Positions 1-9,537 of a stretch of DNA of 58,515 nt are shown one piece after another. The position numbers were made by a program, and so were the translations under genes. The first letter of the stretch is position 1, and every line of letters begins with the position of its first letter. Below the pieces are notes generated by a model, which ran no database searches, was not told the DNA's origin, and saw only the letters and a program-made list of their open reading frames with translations. This DNA comes from an uncultured Planctomycetaceae bacterium (lineage in GTDB: Bacteria; Planctomycetota; Phycisphaerae; SM23-33). Where the stretch lies: contig CAYZPY010000001.1 of the NCBI GenBank assembly GCA_964480425.1, positions 1-58,515 on the forward strand. The letters are read 5' to 3'.

Positions 1-401
1 CCGTAAACTTCCCGCGGCGGCTGGCGCGTGTCGCCCAGGGCGGCCACTAATTTGGCAAGGTCCATCACGCTCCCACCGCCCACGCCCGCGACGGAATCGC
101 GGGCGAATTCTTCGCCCGACTTCAGCGCGTCGTCGAATGTCGCAAGGTCCGGCTCGCCGGTTACCTTGTCGTAAATCATCACCTCCGCGCCGCCTGCGAC
201 GATGCGTTCGACCAGCGGTTCCACGTGCGCGCGGATGGGCGGGGAGGTAATTATCATCAGGCGCTTGAGGGGCGACGAGGCAAAATCTTCCGCAAACTGC
301 TCGGCGCAGCCGGGGCCGAATACGACCGTGGGCGGCGTTTGAATCTTGATTACCCGACTATCCGGCCGGCGGGTTCGATTGCTCCGGTGCTTTTGCTGCA
401 T
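1..401 (-). CDS. Iron-containing (group III) alcohol dehydrogenase, N-terminal ~133 codons; the gene runs off the window edge. It could be a FucO-like lactaldehyde reductase given the fucosidase context, but that is inference.
   Basis: Not in the supplied ORF track. My reverse-complement translation from the ATG at 401-399 gives MQQKHRSNRTRRPDSRVIKIQTPPTVVFGPGCAEQFAEDF...LMIITSPP...DSVAGVGGGSVMDLAKLVAAL. The GGGS-x-x-D motif and N-terminal layout are typical of Fe-ADH enzymes. Confidence 0.75.
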   Translation of the reverse strand, partial: MQQKHRSNRTRRPDSRVIKIQTPPTVVFGPGCAEQFAEDFASSPLKRLMIITSPPIRAHVEPLVERIVAGGAEVMIYDKVTGEPDLATFDDALKSGEEFARDSVAGVGGGSVMDLAKLVAALGDTRQPPREVY

Positions 402-741
402 GTCATTTCCTTTAAAGCGTCGTATTTATCACGACTCGTTTAATATATGAACGCGAAAATATTAATAGTTTCGTTTCCGCCACGCCATCGTGCAGTGAGC
501 CCTCCGGTCAGTGCCTGGCCTGGGCGAGCACTAGCAACGACGCCCCCGAGCCGGACCCGGTCAGGCCCGTATCTATGGAGAAAATCGAGTCGATGATGAG
601 GGTTGGGTCTCTACGGGCCTTTGCAGTTTTTAAGTTCTCTTGCGACGAAGTAACATTCCCAAGCCGCCCAGGCCCAGCGGCGCCGGCGTGTCTTAAGAAC
701 TCCCGTCTGTTGTAATTCGTGAAGAATCTATTTGTTTTCGG

Positions 742-1761
742 TTACAATTCGAGCGTCTCGGCGAAGTGGCATGCGGCCCGGCGACCTGATTCCACTTCTC
801 TCAGTTCCGGTCTGTCGTGGCGGCATCGCTGCTGGGCGTATGGACATCTGGGGTGAAAGCTGCAACCCGGCGGCAGGTTGCCCGGGTCGGCGACCTCGCC
901 GCCCACGACGTATTTCATTTTCTTGTCCGGGTCGGGATTGGGAACGGCCGACATCAGTATGCTTGTGTAGGGGTGCAAGGGACGTTCGAACAGGTCGTCG
1001 GTTTTCGCCATCTCGACAATCCGCCCGGCGTACATGACCGCCACCCGGTCGGATATGTGCCGCACGACGCTGAGATCGTGCGCGATGAATATGTACGTCA
1101 GCTGCATTTCCTCCTGCAGGTCCTGGAGCAGGTTGATGACCTGCGCCTGGACCGACACGTCCAGCGCCGAGACGGGCTCGTCGCAGACCACGAACCGCGG
1201 ATTCATCACCAGTGCCCTTGCGATGCCGATGCGCTGGCGCTGCCCGCCGGAGAACGCATGCGGGTAGCGCGTGCGGTGGATGGGTTTCAGACCGACCCGG
1301 CGAAGCATCTCCACCACGCGGTCTTTTCTTTGTGACTTGTTGCCCATTTTGTGTATGAGCAGCGGCTCGCCCACGATGGCGCCTACGGTCATCCGCGGGT
1401 TCAGCGAGGAGAAGGGGTCCTGGAATATCATCTGCATCTCGGTGCGCAGGCGTTTTAGGCGCTTGTCGTCCAGCGAGGCCAGGTCAACCGCCCCCTTGCC
1501 GTCGCTGTGGTAGAGAACGCTACCGGACGTGGGCGCCAGTCCCCGAAGTATGGTCCGTCCGACCGTGGTTTTGCCCGATCCGCTCTCTCCGACCAGCCCG
1601 AGCGTCTCGCCTCGCGACAGGTCGAAGGTGACGTCGTCGGCGGCCTTGACGTCGGTGAGCTTGCGCCGGAACAGACTCTTGCTGAAGATGGGGAAGTACT
1701 TGCAGAGGTTGCGAACCTCCAGCAGCACTCTGCCGTTTTGTTTGTCGTTCGTGTCGGTCAT
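742..1761 (-). CDS. ABC transporter ATP-binding protein, OppF/DppF type
   Basis: 339-aa ORF with Walker [10 protein letters not shown], signature FSGGQRQR, Walker [12 protein letters not shown] and an Opp/Dpp-type C-terminal extension (HPYT...CPYAQQRC). Its start overlaps the stop of the upstream ATPase gene by 1 nt. Confidence 0.93.
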   Translation of the reverse strand: MTDTNDKQNGRVLLEVRNLCKYFPIFSKSLFRRKLTDVKAADDVTFDLSRGETLGLVGESGSGKTTVGRTILRGLAPTSGSVLYHSDGKGAVDLASLDDKRLKRLRTEMQMIFQDPFSSLNPRMTVGAIVGEPLLIHKMGNKSQRKDRVVEMLRRVGLKPIHRTRYPHAFSGGQRQRIGIARALVMNPRFVVCDEPVSALDVSVQAQVINLLQDLQEEMQLTYIFIAHDLSVVRHISDRVAVMYAGRIVEMAKTDDLFERPLHPYTSILMSAVPNPDPDKKMKYVVGGEVADPGNLPPGCSFHPRCPYAQQRCRHDRPELREVESGRRAACHFAETLEL

Positions 1762-2855
1762 TATTTCTCGAACATTCTCGAGTAAGACTGCGATTCGGAA
1801 ACCACTTCGGATTCGTGCACTCTGAGGCAGGCGGCCCGTGGGCGTCCGTCGACCTCGAACAGCGGCGGCGGTCCGCCCACGTCACACCGCCCCTCCACCG
1901 CGTGGGGGCAGCGCGGGTGGTAGGGGCATCCCGGCGGGGTTTCGGCGGGCGAGGGAACGCTGCCGGGGATGAAGGGCAGTTTCTTGCCCCTGGACAGCGA
2001 TGGAAGCGACTTGAGCAGGCCCATGGTGTATGGATGGCGCGGGGCGTGTATCAGTTCGCGCGTCTCGGCCAGTTCCACAATCCGCCCAAGGTACATCACC
2101 GCCACCACGTCGGCCATCTGACCTATGACGCCCAGGTCGTGGGTTATCAGTATGGTGGTGGTGCCGAAATCTTCCTGGAGGTCCTTTATGAGTTTCATAA
2201 TCTGCGCCTGGATGGTAACGTCCAGCGCGGTGGTCGGCTCGTCGGCGATGAGCACTTCGGGATTGCACACCATGGCCATGGCGATTATCACCCGCTGGCG
2301 CATCCCGCCGCTCAGCTCGAATGGATACTGCTCCAGGCGCTTGGCGGGTCCGGGTATGCCCACGCGGTGGAGCATCTCGACGGCTTTGTCGCGTGCCTGC
2401 TTTTTGGTCATGTCCTGGTGGAGCAGGATCGCCTCGCACACCTGGTTGCCGATGGTGTGCACGGGACTAAGCGCCGTCATCGGCTCCTGGAATATCATGC
2501 TTATCTTTCCGCCGCGGACGTCGAACAACGCAGGCGAGTTGTTCTTCAGGGCGGTCAGGTCGATTGTCCCCATGGAATCGGAGTTGAACAGGACGCGCCC
2601 GGAGACTATTTCGCCGGGCTTTTCGATTATCCGCAGCACGGCGTAACTGGTGACGCTTTTTCCGCATCCGCTTTCGCCCACTATGCCGGTCACCTTTCCG
2701 CGCGGAATGTCCAGCGTTACGCCGTTGACGGCGCGGACCAGCCCCTCGTCAGTGTGGAAGTGGACGCTCAGGTCCGTGATTTCCAGCACGGAATCTTCGG
2801 CCCAGGGGAACGGGTCTCGGTGTGTCTTGTCGTTAATTATTTCTGCGGTGCTCAT
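1761..2855 (-). CDS. ABC transporter ATP-binding protein, OppD/DppD type
   Basis: 364-aa ORF with Walker A GESGCGKS, signature LSGGMRQR, Walker B LIADEPTTALD and a C-terminal HPYT...CPYHPRCP motif. Confidence 0.93.
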   Translation of the reverse strand: MSTAEIINDKTHRDPFPWAEDSVLEITDLSVHFHTDEGLVRAVNGVTLDIPRGKVTGIVGESGCGKSVTSYAVLRIIEKPGEIVSGRVLFNSDSMGTIDLTALKNNSPALFDVRGGKISMIFQEPMTALSPVHTIGNQVCEAILLHQDMTKKQARDKAVEMLHRVGIPGPAKRLEQYPFELSGGMRQRVIIAMAMVCNPEVLIADEPTTALDVTIQAQIMKLIKDLQEDFGTTTILITHDLGVIGQMADVVAVMYLGRIVELAETRELIHAPRHPYTMGLLKSLPSLSRGKKLPFIPGSVPSPAETPPGCPYHPRCPHAVEGRCDVGGPPPLFEVDGRPRAACLRVHESEVVSESQSYSRMFEK

Positions 2856-2866
2856 GGTTTATGGAT

Positions 2867-4003
2867 TTATCCGGTCGAATACGGGTCGGCGGCGTCGCGC
2901 AGACCGTCGCCCACGAAATTAAACGCCAGTATGGTGAACACGATGAAGAACGCCGGTACCAGCAGCCAGGGATAGAGTCTCAGCGACTCCATGTTCATTG
3001 CGTCCTGGAGCATGACGCCCCAGGACACCGCCGGTGGTCGCAGACCTATTCCCAGGAAGCTCAGGGAAGTTTCGCCCAGGATCATCCGCGGAAGGGACAG
3101 CGTGAGCGTCACAATAAGGTGCGAGGTGAATCCCGGAAGCAGGTGCTTGAACATTATCCGCCCGTCCGAGGCGCCCAGCAGTTTGGCGGCCACGGCGTAG
3201 TCCTCCTCCCGCAGGGAGAGGATTTTACCCCTCACGACCCTGGCCATGCCCGTCCATCCGAAGAAACTCAGAATGACGGTGATGGCCAGGTAGGTCTTGA
3301 TGATGGTCCAGTCGTCGGGCACCGCCGCCGCCAGGCCCATCCACAGCGGAAGTTTTGGTATGGCCTGGAAAATCTCAATCACCCGCTGGATGGCAAGGTC
3401 CACCCTCCCGCCGAAAAAGCCCGAGATGCACCCGATGGTTATGCCAAGGGTGAAACTTATTCCGATGGCCATCAGACCGATGAACAGCGATATCTGCGCA
3501 CCGGCGAGCACCCTGGAGAACATGTCGCGTCCGAACTTGTCAGCCCCGAGAAAATAGAAAAACTGCTCGCGTTCGGTTCCCAGGTCGGCGGGGTCGTTTT
3601 TTGCCACCAGCAGGTGCCGGCGGGCGGGGATGATGCCCCACATTTTGTAGGAGTGACCCACACCGAACAACTCCAGGTCCATTATTTCGCCCCGGCGGTG
3701 GACGTAATCCTTCTGGTAGGAGACGGGGTGAACGTGCGGCTGGACTATCTTGGTGTAGAAGCCGTGCTCGAAGTCGAACAGCACGGGCATGGGCGGATTG
3801 TAGATTCGCGACATGTTCTTGAGGTTCTTTGGGTACGGGGCCAGGAACTGCGCGAAAATCGCCATCAGGTACAGGATGATGATGACGAAGAACGCCGCCG
3901 ACGCCAGTTTGTGCCTGCTGAAGCGCATGCGGATTAACTGCCACTGCGACATCGACCCCAGCATGGGGGCGGCGTCGTCCGGTATTTTAGGCGCCTTTGT
4001 CAT
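2867..4003 (-). CDS. ABC transporter permease, OppC/DppC type
   Basis: 378-aa multi-TM ORF of the BPD_transp_1 type (…LSLREEDYAVAAKLLGAS…). It has a 4-nt ATGA overlap with the upstream fusion gene. Confidence 0.9.
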   Translation of the reverse strand: MTKAPKIPDDAAPMLGSMSQWQLIRMRFSRHKLASAAFFVIIILYLMAIFAQFLAPYPKNLKNMSRIYNPPMPVLFDFEHGFYTKIVQPHVHPVSYQKDYVHRRGEIMDLELFGVGHSYKMWGIIPARRHLLVAKNDPADLGTEREQFFYFLGADKFGRDMFSRVLAGAQISLFIGLMAIGISFTLGITIGCISGFFGGRVDLAIQRVIEIFQAIPKLPLWMGLAAAVPDDWTIIKTYLAITVILSFFGWTGMARVVRGKILSLREEDYAVAAKLLGASDGRIMFKHLLPGFTSHLIVTLTLSLPRMILGETSLSFLGIGLRPPAVSWGVMLQDAMNMESLRLYPWLLVPAFFIVFTILAFNFVGDGLRDAADPYSTG

Positions 4004-7000
4004 TTGGCCTTGTTCTCGTAGCGGATTCTGGGGTCGATAGCCATCAGCAGCAGGTCGCTTATCAGTATTCCGATGACGCTCAGCAGCGACAGCATCAGCA
4101 GCAGCGAACCGGCCAGGTACATGTCTTCGATCATAACGGCGTTGAGCAGCATTGGTCCGACCGTGGGCAGCGACAGCACTATCGCCACGATGGCCCCACC
4201 GGATATCAGCATGGGCAGTATGTTGCCTATGCCCGAGACGAACGGGTTAAGCGCCAGTCGGACGGGATACTTGAACAGCAGTTTTACAGGCCTGACGCCC
4301 TTGGCGCGGGCGGTGATGACGTATGGCTTGCGCAGTTCGTCCAGCAGGTTGGCGCGCATTACGCGGATCAATCCCGCCGTGCCCGCGATTCCCATCACGA
4401 TCACCGGCATCCAGATGTGCTTGAACAGGTCCACGACCTTCGCCCAGCTCCAGTGCGGCATGCCCGCCATCTCCTGGGAAAACAGTCCCGTGGGCACAAA
4501 ACCGAAAAGCGTGTCGCACAACAGCATCAGCAGCAGCGCAAGGAGGTACCCCGGTATGCACATGCCGATAAATCCAAGGAAGGTGAACACGTAATCGGAT
4601 ATCGAGTACTGGCGCACGGCCGAGTATATGCCTATGGGTATCGCCAGCGCCCAGGTGAACATGATGGTGAACAGCGACACCAGGAACGTCAGCAGTATCC
4701 TGTCGCCGACCTTTTCGTTAACCGACCGGTCGTCCTGCATGGACCGCCCCATGTCGCCCTGGAGCAGACCCTTGTCCTCCTTGTCGAATGTGAAGAACCA
4801 CTTGAAGCCCATCCACTTGGCGTACTGCACCACCGGTTGGTCGTTGAGGTAGTACATTTCCTTGAGTTTTTCGATTTCCTGGTTGCTGATTTCCTCCCCG
4901 CTCTGCTGGAGTTCGGCTATCCTGCTGGTGACGTAGTTTCCTGTGGGAAGCTGGATCACCACGAACACGATTACCGAAATCGCAAGCAGCGTTGGAACCA
5001 TGATAATGAGGCGCTTGGACACGAAGGGGTGCCGAACGGCCATCAGCAGGAAAAAGCCCGCCACTATTGCCACCAGCATCCACTTGATGATTGTCCCCAG
5101 GACGCCTTGGCCGCCCTGTGCCGGGCTGCCGTGGGTGGATACGCCCTCGGTGATGATCGGATGCAGAATCTGTTGGCGCATGTCTTCCTTGACGGCCGCG
5201 TCCATCCGACGGACCTTCGGCTGGGCGAGGTATTCCGGCGCGAAACAGTACGTCTCGACGCCCCCGTTGCCCGGCGTCTGGTGCGTCCAGCTGAACAGCA
5301 GGTGTTTGGGAACGTTCATAAAGCCGTTCTTGACCACGCACAATTGGGGAAGCGGTGTGGAGATGTTTATGGTCCACTGCTGCTGCGCCATGAGTCGCGA
5401 CATTTTCTGCACGTAGGGCTTGAGGTCCTCCGGGGTCAGTTGCGCCTTTGCGTTATCGTACGCCTTGATGAATTCGAGCATGGGGCTGCCCGGCGGGGGC
5501 GCTTTGGCGAATCCTTCCTTCGATTCGGGCGTGTCTCGAAGCCCGCCCTGCGTGTACCAGTTCTGGTATGCAATGGCGGCGTGCATGGGCGGCTTGGGCG
5601 GGAAGTACTGGTATCCGCCCCATATAAACAACTGGAGGCGCCCGCTGTTCAGTTGCGATATGTAATACCTGTCCTCCCGGACCTTGAGCATGACCCGCAG
5701 GTGGGCGTCCCGCCAGTAATCCACGATGATCTGCCCGGGGTTCTGGTTCTCCTTGGCGACGCAGAGGTACAGCGTAAGTTTGCGCCCCCTTGGCGTGGTG
5801 CGGAAACCCTCGCTGTCGCGCCCGGTAAGCCCGATCTCGTCCAGCAGTTGTGCGGCGCGCTGCGGGTCGTACTGCGTGTATGCCTTGAACGCCTCCTCGT
5901 CGTAGAAAGGAGACTGCGGGCCGGGCACGGCGTTGGCCGGCTCGGTGCGCCCGTCGTACAGGCCTGTGATAATCGCTTCCCGATCCAGCGCCAGCGAAAG
6001 CGCCCGGCGGAACCGCACGTCCCTGAGCAGATCCCTGATCTCGTCGCCGGCCTCTTGGCGTATCTCCTGCTCTGTGGGGCGGTAGTTCTGGTTGACGTGG
6101 ACCATGGCGCTGTTTCGGTTGGCGGACACCCAGTGGTACACGCTGTAATCGGACTTCTCGGCGTTGTTCATCAGCAGCGAGTACAGGGTGTTGTCGATGA
6201 ACTTGTTCTGCATTGACACGGCGCCCTCTGCCGCCGCCAGTGTCAGCATGCGGAGGGAATGCTGGCGGAAGAATATCCTGTCGATGTATGGCAACTGGTT
6301 GCCCTCCGGGTCCACCGCCCAGTAGTAAGGATTGCGAACCGCCTCGGAACTGGTAATGCCCCTGCTCTTTCGCACTAACCAGGGCGTAATGCGGGGCAGT
6401 TCGGGATTCACCGGGTCCAGCACGTGAAGGTAGACCTGCTTGTCGGTATTGTATCCGCGGTCGCCTTTTATGTTGTCGATGAGTTCCCTTTTGCCGAGTT
6501 TGGGATGGAACTGGCGGAGGTAATGCTCCGGCGAGTTGCACATGAACCGCCCGTATGCCCCGGCGAGGCGCTCGAGGAACTGCCCGTAGGGGTCTTCGAA
6601 CTCTATTTTGAATTTCAGATCGTTTATTTTGGTGAACTTCGCCGGTTTGCCGTTGTGGGAGAATATGCTGTCGGGCTTGAGGCGGATGGACTTGTCGTTC
6701 TGTTCGTATTTCCAGTGATACATGATGTCGTCGGCGGTGAACGGCTCGCCGTCCGACCATTTCATGCCCTTGCGCAGCGTGAACGTGAAGGTGGTGTTGT
6801 CGTGGAAGACTTCGAATTCCTTGGCCACGTGCGGAACTATCGGATACCCGTGCGGGGAGAACCGCACCAGGTTGGCGTATCCCAGTCGGTTCATTATGCT
6901 GTATGCGTCGCCGGTGTCCTTGGCCAGTCGCATCCAGGTGCCCCCGTAGTTGTGCACCCCGTCGACGCCCTCGAGGACGACCGGTTCGGGCGTTATCCGC

Positions 7001-7302
7001 TCTTCGAGCGGGGGCAGTTTGCCCTCCTCGACCAGTTCCTCCAGCAAGGGCGCCTGGTTTTTGGGATACCACGGCGCGTCCCTCCGGCGGGAATAATCAA
7101 CCTGGCGGTAAACGACGGGAGGATTTTCTCTGTCCCAGTCCACCGTGCGCAGTTCCCGGACTTTTTTCAACCTTTGTTGGTCGACCGGCGGCGTCTTTTC
7201 GGGCAGGTCGGGACGAAACAGGACGCTGAGGCCCTCGAAAACCAGCCAGATGCACGCAGAGGCGATTATCAGCGCCAATAATGCTTTAAGGTATAACTTC
7301 AT
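4000..7302 (-). CDS. Fusion protein: membrane-anchored family-5 (Opp/Dpp-type) solute-binding domain joined to an OppB/DppB-type permease
   Basis: 1100-aa ORF. It has an N-terminal TM anchor (ALLALIIASACIWLVF), then a ~600-700-aa SBP_bac_5-like region. Two consecutive hydrophobic helices follow (IIKWMLVAIVAGFFLLMAV and LIIMVPTLLAISVIVFVVIQL). The last ~344 aa (nt ~4003-5034) are an OppB-type permease (…PYVITARAKGV…). Confidence 0.88.
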   Translation of the reverse strand: MKLYLKALLALIIASACIWLVFEGLSVLFRPDLPEKTPPVDQQRLKKVRELRTVDWDRENPPVVYRQVDYSRRRDAPWYPKNQAPLLEELVEEGKLPPLEERITPEPVVLEGVDGVHNYGGTWMRLAKDTGDAYSIMNRLGYANLVRFSPHGYPIVPHVAKEFEVFHDNTTFTFTLRKGMKWSDGEPFTADDIMYHWKYEQNDKSIRLKPDSIFSHNGKPAKFTKINDLKFKIEFEDPYGQFLERLAGAYGRFMCNSPEHYLRQFHPKLGKRELIDNIKGDRGYNTDKQVYLHVLDPVNPELPRITPWLVRKSRGITSSEAVRNPYYWAVDPEGNQLPYIDRIFFRQHSLRMLTLAAAEGAVSMQNKFIDNTLYSLLMNNAEKSDYSVYHWVSANRNSAMVHVNQNYRPTEQEIRQEAGDEIRDLLRDVRFRRALSLALDREAIITGLYDGRTEPANAVPGPQSPFYDEEAFKAYTQYDPQRAAQLLDEIGLTGRDSEGFRTTPRGRKLTLYLCVAKENQNPGQIIVDYWRDAHLRVMLKVREDRYYISQLNSGRLQLFIWGGYQYFPPKPPMHAAIAYQNWYTQGGLRDTPESKEGFAKAPPPGSPMLEFIKAYDNAKAQLTPEDLKPYVQKMSRLMAQQQWTINISTPLPQLCVVKNGFMNVPKHLLFSWTHQTPGNGGVETYCFAPEYLAQPKVRRMDAAVKEDMRQQILHPIITEGVSTHGSPAQGGQGVLGTIIKWMLVAIVAGFFLLMAVRHPFVSKRLIIMVPTLLAISVIVFVVIQLPTGNYVTSRIAELQQSGEEISNQEIEKLKEMYYLNDQPVVQYAKWMGFKWFFTFDKEDKGLLQGDMGRSMQDDRSVNEKVGDRILLTFLVSLFTIMFTWALAIPIGIYSAVRQYSISDYVFTFLGFIGMCIPGYLLALLLMLLCDTLFGFVPTGLFSQEMAGMPHWSWAKVVDLFKHIWMPVIVMGIAGTAGLIRVMRANLLDELRKPYVITARAKGVRPVKLLFKYPVRLALNPFVSGIGNILPMLISGGAIVAIVLSLPTVGPMLLNAVMIEDMYLAGSLLLMLSLLSVIGILISDLLLMAIDPRIRYENKAK

Positions 7303-7685
7303 GCTCCATTCAAACCATGCAAAAACGATGGCTTATCATCGCCCGGATGAATTGATTAAACTTTAACCTATGGACGCCCCTTTTAGCAAGCCCGCCTGCG
7401 CCGGCTCGCCGCGATAAGCGTGCGGGTTTAGCGCCCGGCCGATTCGTCGCGGACAGTGACCCGTCGAGGGTGTTTATGACGCCACGAGTTATTAATTCGC
7501 CGGCGACGTAGCGGGAGATGAGATGACTTCCCCATTCAACTGCCTGATGCAAACCATCCGCCCCGGGGCGCCGGCGGGCGTGGCGTTTGCGATTTCGATA
7601 TTATGCATATCCGACGTGCTCCCCGTCGAGGAGCCCGTCAGCGGGGGTGCATTTGAATAGAATCGCGTTTTTGACAGCCGCGACC

Positions 7686-9158
7686 TTACCGCCGCAGGTC
7701 GTTGATGAATCGGCGCAGTTGGGTGTCGGCGTCGATGCGGAGGCAGTCCAGCCCGGCCATGTCTGCGAAGTCCTGGAGGTGTTCGGCGCCGACGGCCTGC
7801 GTGAATGCGGTGTGATGCGGACCGCCGGCGTGAATCCAGGCGGCGGCGGCGGTCTTCAAATCGGGTCTGGGTGTCCACACTACCCGCGCCACCGGCAGTT
7901 TGGGCAAATCCTCGTCCGGCTCGACGGCGTCCACCTCGTTGACGAGCATTTGGAACCTGTCGCCCACGTCGATAACGGCGGCGTTAACGGCCTGGCCGGC
8001 CGGGGCGGTGAACACCAGTCGCGGCGGGTCCGACCTTCCGCCGATGCCCAGGGGGTGGATTTCGCAATGCGGTTTTCCGGCCGCAATCGACGGGCAGACC
8101 TCCAGCATGTGCGCCCCGAGCACGCGCATCCGCCCGGGCTCGAAGTGGTAGGTGTAGTCTTCCATGAACGACGCCCCGCCGTCGAGCCCGTCGCCCATGA
8201 CCTTAACGGCCCGTAGCAGAGCGGCGGTTTTCCAGTCGCCCTCGGCGCCAAATCCGTATCCGTCGGACATTAAGCGTTGTGAGGCCATGCCGGGCAACTG
8301 CTCCAGCCCGTGGAGGTTCTCGAACGTGTCGGTGAAAGCGCCGAAGTCGCCGTCCTCCAGAAACGCCCGCATGCCCAGTTCCACCCGCGCGGTGTAGCGC
8401 AGCGCGTCGCGCCTGTCGCCGCCTTTTCGCAGCGTCTCGGCCATTTCGTACGTCTGATCGTATTGGTCGCACAGACGGTCCACGTCGGCGTCGGCGATCT
8501 CGTCCACGTATTCCAGCAGGTCGCCGATGCCGTATCCGCTGACCGAGTACCCCAGTTGCTGCTGAGCGGCGACCTTGTCGCCCTCGGTGACGGCCACCTC
8601 GCGCATGTTGTCGCCGAAGCGGGCGATTTTGAGTTTCCGCCCGTCGTCCCACGCCGCCGCGGCGCGCATCCACGCATCAAGCCGGGCTGCGACGTCGTCG
8701 TCCTGCCAGTGGCCTACGATTACCTTCCGCCTCTTGCCCAGGCGCGTGCAGATGTGCCCGAACTCCCGCCCCCCGTGGGCGGACTGGTTGAGGTTCATGA
8801 AGTCCATGTCTATCGTGGACCACGGGATGTCGCGATTGAACTGCGTGTGCAGGTGCGCGAAGGGTTTGTCAAGCGCGCTTAGCCCGGCGATCCACATCTT
8901 GGCCGGGGAAAACGTGTGCATCCAGCACACCAGTCCGATGCACGCCTGGGAGGTGTTCGCCTCCAGGCACAGGCGGCGAATCTCATCCGTCGTGGTCACC
9001 ACCGGCTTGAATACCAACTTAACCGCCAGGCGCCCGGTATTGTTCAGACCCTCGACGACTTTTTTGGAATCGTCGGCCACCTGCTCCAGCGCCTCCGGGC
9101 CGTACAAATGCTGACTGCCCGTAACGAACCATACTTCAAGCGAGTCGCGATTTATCAT
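7686..9158 (-). CDS. araA: L-arabinose isomerase
   Basis: 490-aa ORF collinear with E. coli AraA as I recall it: [92 protein letters not shown]. Confidence 0.95.
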   Translation of the reverse strand: MINRDSLEVWFVTGSQHLYGPEALEQVADDSKKVVEGLNNTGRLAVKLVFKPVVTTTDEIRRLCLEANTSQACIGLVCWMHTFSPAKMWIAGLSALDKPFAHLHTQFNRDIPWSTIDMDFMNLNQSAHGGREFGHICTRLGKRRKVIVGHWQDDDVAARLDAWMRAAAAWDDGRKLKIARFGDNMREVAVTEGDKVAAQQQLGYSVSGYGIGDLLEYVDEIADADVDRLCDQYDQTYEMAETLRKGGDRRDALRYTARVELGMRAFLEDGDFGAFTDTFENLHGLEQLPGMASQRLMSDGYGFGAEGDWKTAALLRAVKVMGDGLDGGASFMEDYTYHFEPGRMRVLGAHMLEVCPSIAAGKPHCEIHPLGIGGRSDPPRLVFTAPAGQAVNAAVIDVGDRFQMLVNEVDAVEPDEDLPKLPVARVVWTPRPDLKTAAAAWIHAGGPHHTAFTQAVGAEHLQDFADMAGLDCLRIDADTQLRRFINDLRR

Positions 9159-9537
9159 CTTGGTGCTCCATTTCCGTGCATGTTCGATATTACCGTCGCC
9201 TCGCGCCGCAAAAGCGCGGATTATACATCATACACGCACCGACCCCGTTTTAGCGAGATTTTGTCCTCTTATTCTGATTCGCCCCCGGTCGTTATTTTCA
9301 ATGCCGCGGCGAAGTCCGCCGTTTCGGGCGCGGTCCCGGGCAGGGTCGCCACCAGGCCTGGGCGGTGCGCCGCCACTGTAGTTTGGCGTTGCCGCCCGTC
9401 AGCGCGACGCCGCTTACCTCGACGTCCGCGCCGGCCAATGCTTACCCGCGGCCGCTGGGGCCGCTGAGTAAATAACAACAAGCCACGCCGGTAACGTGCA
9501 CGTTCGCTTCATTTTTTTATGGTTCAGTTCGCGGGCT

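Noticed and set aside
3997-6216. 739-aa plus-strand ORF, and similar long ORFs antisense to real genes: 1815-2975 (+), 5453-7072 (-), 11479-13134 (+), 22704-24119 (-), 30661-31740 (-), 34982-35968 (-), 37301-38236 (+), 40905-42167 (+), 42460-43572 (+), 45783-46820 (+), 50226-51602 (-) and 53907-56033 (-).
   Set aside because: Each lies opposite or out of frame to an ORF with clear family motifs. Their translations are Arg/Gly/His/Pro/Val-rich low-complexity strings with no recognisable domains. These are the expected stop-poor shadow frames of GC-rich DNA.
7303-7685. The ~380-bp non-coding spacers (7303-7685, 9159-9537, and also 402-741), considered as possible riboswitch or sRNA loci. The 80-aa ORF at 7310-7552 (-) was considered as a small gene.
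   Set aside because: I could not recognise any known riboswitch core, a convincing structured element or a credible RBS with a non-degenerate protein. They remain unexplained spacers, probably promoters and terminators of the minus-strand units.
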